Assembly (NCBI GenBank): GCA_905182785.1
Contig: CAJJDF010000024.1
Location: forward strand, 3,954-67,953
Direction: 5' to 3'
Origin: an uncultured Flavobacteriales bacterium
GTDB lineage: Bacteria > Bacteroidota > Bacteroidia > Flavobacteriales_D > CAJJDF01
Length of the DNA stretch: 64,000 nucleotides
The position numbers and the translations under genes were made by a program. This document shows, piece after piece, positions 30,101-37,299 of this stretch. How positions within the stretch are numbered: the stretch's first letter is position 1; each line of letters begins with the position of its first letter. Under the pieces are notes generated by a model. It searched no databases. It saw only the letters and a list, made by a program, of their open reading frames with translations, and was not told where the DNA came from.

Positions 30101-32686
30101 TTATCTGGTGCAAATTTCACAATAACGCCTTCGCTTTTTGGGATAAATAAATATTATGCCGAAAATGTTTCTGCTTCAAATTGTAGCAGTGAATCTAGAA
30201 CTTTAGTTACTGTATCAATATTTCCAGCAGTTCTTTCACCTTCAAATGTTACCGTTAGTAGTGATTCAATTTGTTTAGGTATGAGTACAAATTTAAACGC
30301 AACTGGAGATTCGATAGTTTGGTATACAGATTCAGTTGGCGGAACTAGTTTGGGAAGCTCTGCTTCTGGAGGTGATTTTACAGTCACACCTAATGTAAAA
30401 GGAACAAACAAGTATTATGCAGAAAACAATTCTACCAATGGATGTGGAGCAAATTCTTCGAGAATAATGGTTTCTGTTCACGCAGACACTTTGCCTGTTG
30501 CCTTAATAAATATTCCTGCAAGCCCTCAGGTAATTTGTTTTGGAGATAGTGGTATTTTAAATGCTTCAGGAGGAACTATTACATGGTATTCAGATTCTAT
30601 TGCTGGAATAACTTATGGAAATTCCGATACGGGTATAGACTTTAAAGTATTACCCGCAATAAATGGTAAAAACAATTATTATGCTGAAGCGGTTTCTATT
30701 GCTGGATGTATCAGTTCTAAAAGAGCCCAAGCTATTCTTACAACAAATCCTTTGCCTGATAAACCTATAAATTTAATAGCGTCTCCAGCAACTATTTGTT
30801 TAGGAGCTTCAAGCGACTTGTCTGGCGAAGCTTTGAAAGTATTTATTGATTTCAAAGATGATTTCGACCCAATAAATTGGACTGCATCTAATGGACCCTC
30901 TAACGGGGTCGTATATCAAGGTTGGGCTCCCGGTGCTATAAGAATGAGGACTGGTAATGGGGCTACTGGAAACACTGATTTTATAAGAGGTGTCATTAGT
31001 ACAACTGCAGATGCAACAATAATGTTTAATTGGGAATTAGATGAAAAGGGTTCTGGAGTAACTTTTTTAAATTGCAATTCCGGACATTACTTAATAAATG
31101 GTATAGAATATAATTTGACAGCAAATATATATAGCACTAGCACTGGTTCTTTTAGATGGGGTGCCGATACAATTATTGTTCCTGCAGGAAGTACGTTTGC
31201 ATTAAGAGCAAAAACCTCAAAGGTTAGCCATTATGCTATTGTGGCCTATAGTAGTTTTAAAGTTTCTCTTCCTTCAGGAAATATCAATTGGTATACTGAT
31301 TCTGTTGGAGGGACAAATCTAGGTAACTCTAATTCCGGAAGCAACTTTAACGTTACTCCTAGTTCATCAGGGATAAACAATTATTATGCTGAAACTGTTT
31401 CTTGGGACGGTTGCACAAGTAGTTCTAGAGAATTAGTAGTTGTAAAAACTTTCATCCCTTCAAGTGCAGATACTCATACTTCTTGTACTCCATTTTTATG
31501 GATAGATGGCAATACATATTCAAGCAGTAACAATACTGCAAAAGATACAGTTGTAAATTCCAAAGGATGTGATTCTATCATACATTTAGATTTAACTATA
31601 TTTCAACCAACAACTAGCTCTCAAACATTAGTTGAATGTCAAGGGTTTTCTATTGTAGTTGGAACTAATACTTATGATTCTACTGGTATTTATATAGATA
31701 CATTTACAAACAATGTTGGATGTGACTCAATATTTACTACTAACCTAACAATTAATCAACCTACTTCTGGCTCTCAAAATTTTGTTGAATGTCAAGGATT
31801 CTCTGTTATAGTTGGATTGAACACTTATAATTCTTCTGGAGTTTTTAAAGACACTTTAACTAATAATGATGGGTGTGATTCTATTTTAACTACTACTCTG
31901 ACAATTAATCAGCCAACTTCTGGTTCGCAAACTCTTGTTGAATGTCAAGGGTTCACTGTTATAGTTGGAACAAACACTTACAATTCTTCTGGAGTTTTTA
32001 AAGACACGTTAACTAATAATGATGGGTGTGATTCTATTTTAACTACAACCCTGATTATTAATCAACCAACTTCTGGTTCGCAATCACTAGTCGAATGTCA
32101 AGGGTTCTCTGTTATAGTTGGAACTAACACCTACGATTCTACAGGAATATACATAGATACTTTAATAAACAATATTGGTTGTGACTCAATATTTATAACT
32201 ACTCTGACCATTAATAGTATTGACATTTCAACTAATATAGTAGGAGTAACTATTTCTTCTAATTTGACAGGAGCAAATTATCAATGGTTAGATTGTAACA
32301 CTGCTTATCTTCCAATAATGATGGAGAATGGACAAAGCTTTACAGCTACTTCAAATGGAAATTACGCAGTCGAAATAACAGTTGGTACTTGTGTTGATAC
32401 TTCAGTATGTGAAAATATAATCTCTGTTGGAATACCAGAAAAAGTGATAAATATTGTTTCTATTTATCCTAATCCTACAGAAGGGTTCTTTACAATTGAT
32501 TTAACGGGTATTAAAGAAATGTCATCCTATACTATAACAACTGAAGAGGGGCGATTAATAGAAAAAGTAAGCCTTGAATCACAAGAAATAATAAAAGTTA
32601 ATTTGATCAATGAAAGTGCTGGAGTTTACTTCTTATTCTTAGAGGGCAAAAACTATAAAAAAATGTTTAAAATTATTAAACTATAA
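24188..32686 (+). CDS. 2832-aa T9SS-secreted giant surface protein: PI-PLC-X-like domain, SprB-type repeat, 16 Ig-like repeats (3 with nested inserts), 51-aa tandem repeats, CTD
   Basis: One uninterrupted ORF with a signal peptide. ISIPGTYES...GIRYLDV...ETIIIHLEAR resembles bacterial PI-PLC. CAGDSTGQAAV...YYSWSNGS...GKHTVIVNDNSGC is a SprB-type repeat. There are sixteen units of the pattern C.G....L.A...(I/V)NWY.D..GG...G......P.....YYAE.....GC.S.R. C-terminal IYPNPTEGFFTIDL...GVYFLFL is the CTD. Confidence 0.85.
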   Translation: MLRKFIAVFSLFKSSYFFFLIVVAFNFNTQAQIFPYNDGLEHKSLYQGVPNMGVGTVGGSGSGLQGLTLKWEPTLSSFYDNGSIIAPSLEFLAKGWMNKIDGSKKLNEISIPGTYESCAYNLIGGGPGGTFDRTKQSQGMDIFHQLKAGIRYLDVYVSYNFLNPTSKWTLTTDNNHYLGMNFDTVLTQINNFMSIPGNENETIIIHLEARGIKTNFSTSLSSYIASENTTVGYARMINPKYTQIPTIGSLRGKIYVIDNENGDDASVGLVRTETNTVGGRSTSAFTGIGADAKNLITSAKTSSSWVVNDIAGRPLFKDKAAYEKAYVNKPVFEELNNVQQKNSAGTIVMAFPGQGLIYRIIKTNFFYIRRVDINFQFDCYHSGLSSSSTGYVYVRYYRGSTLAAWDHLVPDCDGYSDGYSHVDVRVPGDGQIPVTHIEVESANYSKFFMDELYLNETKFGDNQWDPERGCDDCEADKILRQWGIDGGGTWDISLDPAKGVACVRFEVPNGLAYNCSTPTSLSTLYDCNITSVSHTDPICAGDSTGQAAVSGFQSNSPPFYYSWSNGSNSASVNNLPRGKHTVIVNDNSGCYKDTTIEIVDPPVENFTEISNSSRYLCLGESMDLWAKGNGTVLWYTSPTGGSPIATTNSGGIFTVTPTIAGITTYYAELLTPLGCVSSSKINRQDFRITVNPLPDAPINISAIPSVVCHHEGFPLLQATDPDNSSRILWYTQPTGGTPFRNTIPGGNIQVSPTIAGINNYYAETVSSFSCISAARTPVSVLVHPQPANPILTATPNSICPGDSIIFNGTGGSTIEWFGNGIDSTTISGSNYKNAPTTIFGSTKFRAQAISNFGCTSELSDVSVYGKWITEVDQTLALPSNICLLGTSTDLYVNGYTGATVNWYTDSLAGSLVGSAIKPSNYTATPTNTGVTKYYAELIYNGCVSTKRAPVSVEVNATFAATNVTASPSQGCIGDSIKLNAIGGATIFWYDESMTLKGSSASGEDWVVFKFSPGTYKYYAEARTSTFCQSSTKTEVIFTINPTPAMVPDVTSPTSLYACPGDTHVFNITTTDGAGINWYSSINGGVLLGSRASGGTYKADSIEEGTNYYYAEAVSSFGCVNINRTPELIIGRPQPGAPILTSTPSILCEGESSNLVSTFSGSGTDANWYSDSLATNLIGNIGSHLNFPVSPLISGNNTYYAKGVSFHGCIGDSISAVTVALNPKPIISNASVVSTKLCEGGNIDLVANLSANEFDGFYAPANWSHSTISGSTLDTSNAPNSISFTSGNNIGNTDLDKGILSSTQNIIISFDWAYSATLSPDIPQFVIDGIASNLPKFVVNGGSIQTGTDTIIVPVGKSFSLSINSQFTNGGTTISYTNFKASQELSNVIVNWYDMPTGGTLLGSSMPDSIFSYTPSTTGLINFYAEAVSPSGCLSPSRALVSATINLNPTLISALPNKDSVCLYDSSKLVITATNSNLINWYVSDSGGVSIGNTLPGSNFTIFQDSIGIKNYFAEIISAAGCFDTLRTPVNVFVKSLPANPADAIANPSIICYGDSISLSGSGNIKWYLANSNLDLIDSTTNGANLKIKPDSAGNNYYYAVAISDFGCINPNGKAILVVTTPLPNAPTNVTINSPVCLNDTITMSSLSKVNWYNDSTGGISIGRTNVDTNIAIVPSQPGTYSFYAEAENENGCISLARTKVTAQVNQSYSTTNGASTPSIICLGDSSLLNTTLTKDDFIGFYSPNKWQTWGTNVDTTGSPSFITLSTLGQTSDPEFNRGLLSMTHSTTITFNWNWTRTSGTNSPQVWVNSLGYPVPGFSYSSSLTQQNGTATIIVPAGHTFGFRIRNLISTNSSFSISNFKSSISGVSGSINWYTDSIGGSSIGNSQIGENFSTTPLQSGLNTYYSDVNVNGCISDKRSMNTLNVKALPTAPTSVLGSPSNICMGQNTNLSATGGTINWYTDSIGGSSIGSSLSGANFTITPSLFGINKYYAENVSASNCSSESRTLVTVSIFPAVLSPSNVTVSSDSICLGMSTNLNATGDSIVWYTDSVGGTSLGSSASGGDFTVTPNVKGTNKYYAENNSTNGCGANSSRIMVSVHADTLPVALINIPASPQVICFGDSGILNASGGTITWYSDSIAGITYGNSDTGIDFKVLPAINGKNNYYAEAVSIAGCISSKRAQAILTTNPLPDKPINLIASPATICLGASSDLSGEALKVFIDFKDDFDPINWTASNGPSNGVVYQGWAPGAIRMRTGNGATGNTDFIRGVISTTADATIMFNWELDEKGSGVTFLNCNSGHYLINGIEYNLTANIYSTSTGSFRWGADTIIVPAGSTFALRAKTSKVSHYAIVAYSSFKVSLPSGNINWYTDSVGGTNLGNSNSGSNFNVTPSSSGINNYYAETVSWDGCTSSSRELVVVKTFIPSSADTHTSCTPFLWIDGNTYSSSNNTAKDTVVNSKGCDSIIHLDLTIFQPTTSSQTLVECQGFSIVVGTNTYDSTGIYIDTFTNNVGCDSIFTTNLTINQPTSGSQNFVECQGFSVIVGLNTYNSSGVFKDTLTNNDGCDSILTTTLTINQPTSGSQTLVECQGFTVIVGTNTYNSSGVFKDTLTNNDGCDSILTTTLIINQPTSGSQSLVECQGFSVIVGTNTYDSTGIYIDTLINNIGCDSIFITTLTINSIDISTNIVGVTISSNLTGANYQWLDCNTAYLPIMMENGQSFTATSNGNYAVEITVGTCVDTSVCENIISVGIPEKVINIVSIYPNPTEGFFTIDLTGIKEMSSYTITTEEGRLIEKVSLESQEIIKVNLINESAGVYFLFLEGKNYKKMFKIIKL
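31604..32215 (+). repeat. in-frame tandem repeat, 4 x 153 bp (51 aa), inside the giant gene
   Basis: Unit starts at 31604, 31757, 31910 and 32063 (exact 153-bp period). Units 2 and 3 are nearly identical over their 3' two thirds. A more diverged fifth unit precedes the array (about 31479..31603). Confidence 0.9.
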
Positions 32687-32698
32687 AAATCTTAAACC

Positions 32699-32730
32699 AA
32701 AAAAAGCTCCTCATTTGAGGAGCTTTTTTT
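32699..32730. terminator. bidirectional rho-independent terminator between the convergent giant gene and mnmE
   Basis: Stem agctcctc (32705..32712) pairs with gaggagct (32717..32724), loop attt. A-run upstream and T-run downstream. Confidence 0.7.
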
Positions 32731-32759
32731 ATCTATAATTTAAATGTAATACTGCTTTC

Positions 32760-34148
32760 TTACTTTCCAATACAAAACTTACTAAATATATTTCCTAGTA
32801 ACTCATCTGTAGATATCTCACCCGTAATCTCACCTAAGAAATGAAGTGCTTGCCTTATGTCTATTGCAACTAAATCTCCTGGAATTCCTATATTAAGCGC
32901 ATTAGTAACTTGTACTATTGCTTCATTGGCATTTGTCAAAGCCTCAAAATGACGCACATTAGTTACCACAACTTGTTGCTCTTGCGATTGCTTAGAATTA
33001 GTAATCTCAATAATCTTCTGAGTCAGTTCTTCTATATTCTCTCCTTCCGAAGCAGAAATTTGAGTACAATCGATTGCACTTAATCTTGATTTATCTTCCA
33101 ATAAATCTATTTTATTAGCTACCCAAATTACATCAATTGTTTCGTTTGTCAATTGAGATTTCAAAAGTTTAAATTCTTTTTTTACTTGTTCCAAGTCTGC
33201 ACTAGCGTCAAATAAATACAAGATAATTGCAGATTTTCCTGCTTTCTCAATTGCTCTTTGGATTCCTATTTTTTCTATCTCATTTTCTGTATCACGAATT
33301 CCTGCTGTATCAATAAATCGATACTTTATTCCTTCCATCACTATTTCATCTTCTACAATATCACGGGTTGTTCCAGCAATACTGGATACAATTGCTTTTT
33401 CTTCTTTCAAGAATTTGTTCAGCAAAGTAGATTTACCTGAGTTGGGTGCTCCAATAATTGAAATTGGGACTCCATTTTTAATTGCATTTCCAAAAGAAAA
33501 AGATTCTATCAGGCTTTTTAATTTCGTCTCTATGCGTTCCAATAATTCATTCAATTGGGTTCTATCTGCAAACTCTACATCTTCTTCACTAAAATCTAAT
33601 TCCAGTTCAATAAGCGAAGCGAAATTTATTAATTCCTCTCTGAGTCCATTTATTTCATCAGAAAACCCTCCACGCATTTGTTGCATGGCTAGTTTATGAG
33701 AAGCCTCAGTTGTGGAAGAAATTAAATCTGCTATTGCCTCTGCCTGCGATAAATCAAACTTTCCGTTTGCAAAAGCTCGCATAGAAAACTCACCAGCTTT
33801 AGCTAGCCTCACTCCTTTTTTGATTAGGAGTTTAAGAATTTGTTGCTGGATATAAACCGACCCGTGACAAGCAATCTCTATTACATCTTCCCCTGTGAAT
33901 GACTGCGGATTTTTGAAAACAGTTAATAAAACTTCATCCACTATATTTTCTTCCTCTTTTATCACCCCAAAATGAGCTGTATGCGATTTTTTATCGGATA
34001 AATCTTTAGAAAAAATAGAAGAAACGACAGGAAATGCTTCACTTCCTGAAACACGAATTACTGCTATCGCTCCCATTCCGTTAGCAGTAGAAAGGGCACA
34101 AATTGTATTGGTAGAATCTAAAATCATGTGCAAATTTAGGTTTTTCAA
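32760..34148 (-). CDS. mnmE: tRNA uridine-5-carboxymethylaminomethyl modification GTPase MnmE
   Basis: 462 aa. G1 GAPNSGKST, G3 DTAG, G4 NKID. The C-terminal FCIGK tetrapeptide is diagnostic of MnmE/TrmE. Confidence 0.95.
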   Translation of the reverse strand: MKNLNLHMILDSTNTICALSTANGMGAIAVIRVSGSEAFPVVSSIFSKDLSDKKSHTAHFGVIKEEENIVDEVLLTVFKNPQSFTGEDVIEIACHGSVYIQQQILKLLIKKGVRLAKAGEFSMRAFANGKFDLSQAEAIADLISSTTEASHKLAMQQMRGGFSDEINGLREELINFASLIELELDFSEEDVEFADRTQLNELLERIETKLKSLIESFSFGNAIKNGVPISIIGAPNSGKSTLLNKFLKEEKAIVSSIAGTTRDIVEDEIVMEGIKYRFIDTAGIRDTENEIEKIGIQRAIEKAGKSAIILYLFDASADLEQVKKEFKLLKSQLTNETIDVIWVANKIDLLEDKSRLSAIDCTQISASEGENIEELTQKIIEITNSKQSQEQQVVVTNVRHFEALTNANEAIVQVTNALNIGIPGDLVAIDIRQALHFLGEITGEISTDELLGNIFSKFCIGK

Positions 34149-34253
34149 TCCGATTGAGGAATGGATAAAGGATAATTTTAATATTCCCTTTCATAATTTT
34201 GTAAAAGAAAGGATAAAAAACTACTTTTGGTTATTCTAAAAACAAAGAACCAA

Positions 34254-35126
34254 ATGAGTATATTAGTTAATAAAGATTCTAAAATAATAGTACAAGGTTT
34301 TACAGGAACCGAAGGAACTTTTCATGCAGGACAAATGATCGAATACGGATCGCAAGTTGTTGGTGGTGTTACTCCAGGAAAAGGAGGGCAAACTCACCTT
34401 GACAAACCTGTATTTAATACCGTAGAAAATGCTGTAAAAGAAACTGGAGCAAACGTATCCATTATTTTTGTACCGCCAGCTTTTGCTGCAGATGCAATTA
34501 TGGAGGCTGCAGATGCTGGAATTGGAGTAATCGTTTGTATTACTGAAGGAATTCCAACTAATGATATGGTAAAAGTAAAAGAATATTTAACTGATAAAGA
34601 TTCTAGATTAATTGGACCAAACTGCCCAGGGATAATTACTGCTGACGAAGCAAAAATTGGAATTATGCCAGGATTTGTTTTCAAAAAAGGAAGAGTAGGT
34701 ATTGTTTCAAAATCTGGAACATTGACCTATGAAGCAGCCGACCAAGTCGTGAAAGCTGGATTGGGAGTTTCTACTGCAATTGGTATTGGAGGAGATCCAA
34801 TTATTGGAACTACGACACAAGAAGCAGTTGAAATGTTTATGAATGATCCAGAGACTGATGCAATTGTAATGATTGGAGAAATTGGTGGAGATATGGAAGC
34901 GAAAGCTGCAAGATGGGTAAAAGCAAACAGTACGAAGCCAGTTATTGGTTTTATTGCAGGGCAAACTGCTCCTAAAGGAAGAAAAATGGGACATGCTGGT
35001 GCAATTGTTGGAGGTGATGACGATACAGCTCAAGCTAAAATGAAAATTATGGCTGAATGTGGAATTAGTGTTGCTAGTTCACCTGCAGAAATTGGAAAGA
35101 AAGTTGCTGAAGCATTGGCAAAATAA
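34254..35126 (+). CDS. sucD: succinate--CoA ligase (ADP-forming) subunit alpha
   Basis: [24 protein letters not shown]..., [12 protein letters not shown], and GHAGAI (phosphohistidine loop). I prefer the ATG at 34254 to the track's TTG at 34227. Confidence 0.95.
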   Translation: MSILVNKDSKIIVQGFTGTEGTFHAGQMIEYGSQVVGGVTPGKGGQTHLDKPVFNTVENAVKETGANVSIIFVPPAFAADAIMEAADAGIGVIVCITEGIPTNDMVKVKEYLTDKDSRLIGPNCPGIITADEAKIGIMPGFVFKKGRVGIVSKSGTLTYEAADQVVKAGLGVSTAIGIGGDPIIGTTTQEAVEMFMNDPETDAIVMIGEIGGDMEAKAARWVKANSTKPVIGFIAGQTAPKGRKMGHAGAIVGGDDDTAQAKMKIMAECGISVASSPAEIGKKVAEALAK

Positions 35127-35147
35127 ATTACAATACAATTATATAAT

Positions 35148-35183
35148 AAAAAAGGCTTGAAGATATCTTCAAGCCTTTTTTTT
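35148..35183. terminator. bidirectional rho-independent terminator between convergent sucD and the HIT gene
   Basis: Perfect 22-nt palindrome ggcttgaagatatcttcaagcc (35154..35175), flanked by an A-run and an 8-nt T-run. Confidence 0.7.
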
Positions 35184-35216
35184 GTTGTTTACTTTTTTAA
35201 GTGAAATTCCTTTATT

Positions 35217-35603
35217 TTATCCAATAATTTTATTCAATACCTCTTCCATTTCTTTCTTAGAAAAAGAAAGCTTAGGTTGTGTAAAATTTACATCATTTGC
35301 GCTTTGCATAGGAACTAAGTGAATGTGTGCATGGGCCACTTCTAATCCTATTACAGCAACTCCTATTCTTTTGCATGGGATTGCTTTTTCAATTTTTAAA
35401 GCGACTTGCTTAGAAAAAATCATCATTTCTGACAAAAGAGAATCTTCTACATCAAATATATAATCAATTTCTTGTTTAGGAATAACCAAAGTATGTCCTT
35501 TTACTAGCGGATTTACATCCAAGAAAGCTAAAAACTTATCGTTCTCTGCAATTTTATAGCAAGGTAGTTCTCCCTTAATTATTCTGGTAAAAATACTACT
35601 CAT
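35217..35603 (-). CDS. HIT-family (histidine triad) nucleotide hydrolase
   Basis: 128 aa. IFTRIIKGELPCYKI and the histidine triad HAHIHLVP. Confidence 0.9.
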   Translation of the reverse strand: MSSIFTRIIKGELPCYKIAENDKFLAFLDVNPLVKGHTLVIPKQEIDYIFDVEDSLLSEMMIFSKQVALKIEKAIPCKRIGVAVIGLEVAHAHIHLVPMQSANDVNFTQPKLSFSKKEMEEVLNKIIG

Positions 35604-35604
35604 T

Positions 35605-36078
35605 TTATCTAGATATCTCTATGATTTCAAATTGAATAATCCCTCCTGGAGTTTCCACATCTGCAATGTCACCAACACTATGACCTAATAACCCTTTCCC
35701 AATTGGAGAATCTACTGAAATTTTCTTTGCTTTTAAGTCTGCTTCATTTTCAGCAACCAAAGTATATTCTACCTCTTTATTACTTCTTAAATTTTTAATT
35801 TTTACGATAGATAAAATAAGCGCTTTAGTGGTATCCATTCCTGTATCGTCCAATACTCTCGCAATAGAAATAATGTTCTTTAGTTTAGAGATCTTCATTT
35901 CCAATAACCCTTGCGCTTCTTTTGCAGCATCATATTCTGCGTTCTCTGATAAATCTCCTTTATCACGTGCTTCAGCAATTTGCTGAGATATTCTTGGCCT
36001 TTCAAATGTTTCTAATTCAAAAAGCTCATCCTTTAAGGATTTCAATCCTTCTGCTGTGTAATATGTAATGTCAGACAT
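35605..36078 (-). CDS. greA: transcription elongation factor GreA
   Basis: 157 aa. ARDKGDLSENAEYDAAKE coiled-coil tip and a C-terminal globular domain (SPIGKGLLGHSVGD). Confidence 0.95.
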   Translation of the reverse strand: MSDITYYTAEGLKSLKDELFELETFERPRISQQIAEARDKGDLSENAEYDAAKEAQGLLEMKISKLKNIISIARVLDDTGMDTTKALILSIVKIKNLRSNKEVEYTLVAENEADLKAKKISVDSPIGKGLLGHSVGDIADVETPGGIIQFEIIEISR

Positions 36079-36102
36079 AATTTTTCTTTCTAATGGTATA
36101 AC

Positions 36103-36128
36103 TAAAAAAGAGAACCTTACGATTCTCT
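36103..36128 (-). terminator. candidate rho-independent terminator downstream of the PorV-like gene
   Basis: On the minus strand, agagaa/ttctct 6-bp stem (36109..36114 with 36123..36128) followed by a U-run (the A-run 36104..36108 on plus). The stem is short and lies only 25 nt from the greA start, so the call is weak. Confidence 0.35.
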
Positions 36129-36194
36129 TTTATTATTGTATACACAAATATACTAATTATTTATAAAACCTGCTTAAAACAAGTTTTTTGACTG

Positions 36195-37256
36195 TTATTC
36201 TTCGTCTTCACCTAGGTTTAATCTAATTCCTATTCCGTGAATTGCACCTAGTACCGGAGCATTTCTAAATGAGTAATCTACCCCAAGAGTCGATTCGTTT
36301 TTTCCAAATGGCATATCAATAGAAATACCTGCACTTGGTCCAGATAAAGCTGATTGAGTTTCTATTGCAGAGAATGTCCCTTTTTCATAAACTAATCCTG
36401 CTCTAATCATTACAATTACTTTTTTTGCATGTAAAACATACTCAGCTCCAACTCTAAATTGATCTCTTTGAAAAGAATTAGAAGTAAAAGTTGCTGCTGC
36501 AGTTAAAGAATTATTTTCATTGATTAAAAAATCATAAGCTCCAGAAATATTAATTAAAGAGGGTAATTCGAAGTTTGCTGTTCTTTGTTCTGTAGTTGTT
36601 GAGATCTCAGTAAATGGGTTTATAGTTTCAATAGCAAAACCATCTCCTTTGTATTTCATTGGTGGTCCTACATTTTTCAAAGCAAGTCCAATTTTTATAT
36701 GGTCTCTTTCTCCTGTTACATATCTTACTCCTGCATCAAAAGCAACTCCATTTGCTTTTGCATTTGCAATTCCTTCACTTAAAATCTTGATGTTAATACC
36801 CCCAGAAATTGATGCGGAAAATTCCTTAGCATAAGCCAAGTTTAACAAAAAACTGGTAGGAGAGAAAGTTCCCAATCCTCCTTCTGGCAATTCTGTTGTA
36901 GTAATTGGAATGTCACCATAATTTACTGTCATCATACTTATTCCAAGTACTCCAGACTCACCCACTCTCTGTGCTAAACCAAAAGAATTTAATTTAATTC
37001 CTGTGGATTGCATCCAAGAAGTATTGGTAAATTCGATTTCTGTTTTATCTGCTAATGCCAAACCAGCTACATTCAATTGCAATGCACCTAATCCTTTTAT
37101 ATGTGCACCTCCAGAACTAGCCCAAGCAGATGATCTTGCCCAAGGATTAATAAGCAATTGGGTAGAACCTGCTGAACCGATTCTATCTTCATTTCCAGCC
37201 ATTGCAGCTATAGAAAAGAAAGTAGCGATTGATAATATTGTTATTTTTAATTTCAT
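36195..37256 (-). CDS. PorV/PorQ-like (FadL-fold) outer-membrane beta-barrel protein
   Basis: 353 aa with a signal peptide. N-terminal RIGSAGSTQLLINPWARSSAWASSGGAHIKGLGALQLNVAGLA matches the G.aGa..L.i...aRa.a.Gga......a...NpAGLA opening of PorV/PorQ/FadL-type barrels. Alternating beta-strand pattern to the C-terminus. Confidence 0.6.
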   Translation of the reverse strand: MKLKITILSIATFFSIAAMAGNEDRIGSAGSTQLLINPWARSSAWASSGGAHIKGLGALQLNVAGLALADKTEIEFTNTSWMQSTGIKLNSFGLAQRVGESGVLGISMMTVNYGDIPITTTELPEGGLGTFSPTSFLLNLAYAKEFSASISGGINIKILSEGIANAKANGVAFDAGVRYVTGERDHIKIGLALKNVGPPMKYKGDGFAIETINPFTEISTTTEQRTANFELPSLINISGAYDFLINENNSLTAAATFTSNSFQRDQFRVGAEYVLHAKKVIVMIRAGLVYEKGTFSAIETQSALSGPSAGISIDMPFGKNESTLGVDYSFRNAPVLGAIHGIGIRLNLGEDEE

Positions 37257-37299
37257 ACTATAGTAATTATAATAATTTAATACTCTTTTTTAATCTGGT

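Noticed and set aside
27583-30411. Cluster of 64-85 aa minus-strand track ORFs (27583..27777, 28978..29190, 29698..29892, 29896..30120, 30154..30411)
   Set aside because: All are antisense to the Ig-like repeats of the 2832-aa gene and resemble each other (…EPPIESVYQL…) only because the sense strand is repetitive. They are shadow ORFs. The same reasoning applies to the other short antisense track ORFs inside scoA/scoB, PBP1A, PSP1, sucD, mnmE, gatB and lpxK.
31604-32215. Regular 153-bp repeats considered as a possible CRISPR-like or satellite array
   Set aside because: The units are contiguous with no spacers, stay in frame with the giant ORF, and encode a conserved Cys-containing 51-aa protein unit. 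This is a coding tandem repeat.
19718-32759. Annotating the mnmE-bracketed segment as a mobile element or genomic island feature
   Set aside because: There is no integrase, transposase, conjugation or phage gene, no tRNA and no terminal inverted repeats. By hand sampling there is no obvious compositional shift in the two cargo genes. I report it only as a finding.
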